Below are positions 63,649 to 64,000 of a stretch of DNA of 64,000 nucleotides, piece by piece (positions within the stretch are counted from its first letter, which is position 1; the number at the start of each line of letters is the position of its first letter). The stretch covers positions 518 through 64,517 of the forward strand of contig CAZGMQ010000004.1 in the NCBI GenBank assembly GCA_964526745.1, in the 5' to 3' direction. A model generated the notes under the pieces. It made no database searches, had not been told where the DNA came from, and saw only the letters and a list, made by a program, of their open reading frames with translations. A program made the translations under genes and the position numbers. Source of the DNA: an uncultured Verrucomicrobiota bacterium. GTDB taxonomy: Bacteria > Verrucomicrobiota > Kiritimatiellia > CAIQIC01 > Lenti-01.

Positions 63649-64000
63649 ACGTTAAAATCTGCGAAAAGGGGCGTGTGGTCGGAGGGTTTGGGCTGAGTTC
63701 GGGGAAAGATATCAATGCCCGATCCCGTGCACTTCTTTGCGAGGGGCGGGGTGGCGAGGATGTAGTCGATGCGCCAGCCGCGTTTCTGCTCGGGGTTGAA
63801 CGGGGTGCGGTAATCATAGAAGGAGTAGTCCACCAGCTCGGGGTTTTTTTCGCGGAAGACATCGGTGAATCCGAAAGACAGCGTGTCTTCAAAGGCATCG
63901 CGTACATCCTGATGGAAGCAGACGTGCTTCTTTTTAGTCTGAGGGTTGGTCACATCAATGGGGTGCCGTGCCACATTGATATCGCCGCACCAGAGGACAG
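63645..64000 (-). CDS. xth: Exodeoxyribonuclease III; 5'-truncated by window edge
   Basis: Frame stays open to the window edge: VLWCGDINVARHPID...FTDVFR...YSFYDYR...GWRIDY...SDHTP. Confidence 0.93.
   Translation of the reverse strand, partial: VLWCGDINVARHPIDVTNPQTKKKHVCFHQDVRDAFEDTLSFGFTDVFREKNPELVDYSFYDYRTPFNPEQKRGWRIDYILATPPLAKKCTGSGIDIFPRTQPKPSDHTPLFADFNV

Overview
A housekeeping-rich 64-kb segment from a GC-rich (roughly 60% by eye), diderm (lpxK, outer-membrane beta-barrels), probably anaerobic or fermentative bacterium (ppdK, long pta, iorAB). It is most likely PVC superphylum, Kiritimatiellia/Verrucomicrobiota-like; this is inference from gene order, the EF-Tu insert and divergent FtsA/FtsZ. 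Contents in order: a partial EEP nuclease; tRNA-Thr-tuf-rpmG-tRNA-Trp-secE-nusG-rplKAJL-rpoBC; ppdK; three uncharacterised genes coupled to ogt-murG-murC; an inverted mtnA + class II aldolase pair; ddl, azoR, ftsQAZ; an OMP; tRNA-Ser; dpaL; a degenerate ychF paralogue; lpxK; a pta-TIM barrel-gmd-rmd-flippase run; a galE-gspKLM-wzm-wzt run; a secreted protein; recN; two paralogous lipoproteins; ygeW; a lytic transglycosylase; yraN, rnhB, rplS; tRNA-Ile2; an OMP; a DEAD-box helicase; DUF302; iorAB; rnd; cca; partial xth. I see no integrase, transposase, prophage or CRISPR array. Most notable observations: (1) a dispersed intergenic repeat built from 17-bp palindromes TTTCCAY-NNN-RTGGAAA, in three loci (24392-24461, 34343-34381, 46755-46824), with fixed 22/31-bp phasing and compensatory inner-pair changes; (2) a YgeW carbamoyltransferase with a 74-aa, 50%-Lys histone-H1-like tail; (3) T2SS GspK/L/M genes translationally coupled between galE and a Wzm/Wzt glycan exporter; (4) a G10 tract in the -35/-10 spacer of the likely ppdK promoter; (5) a dcw cluster in which an inverted MtnA/aldolase pair sits where murB usually is. 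All calls come from reading the sequence; no database searches were run.
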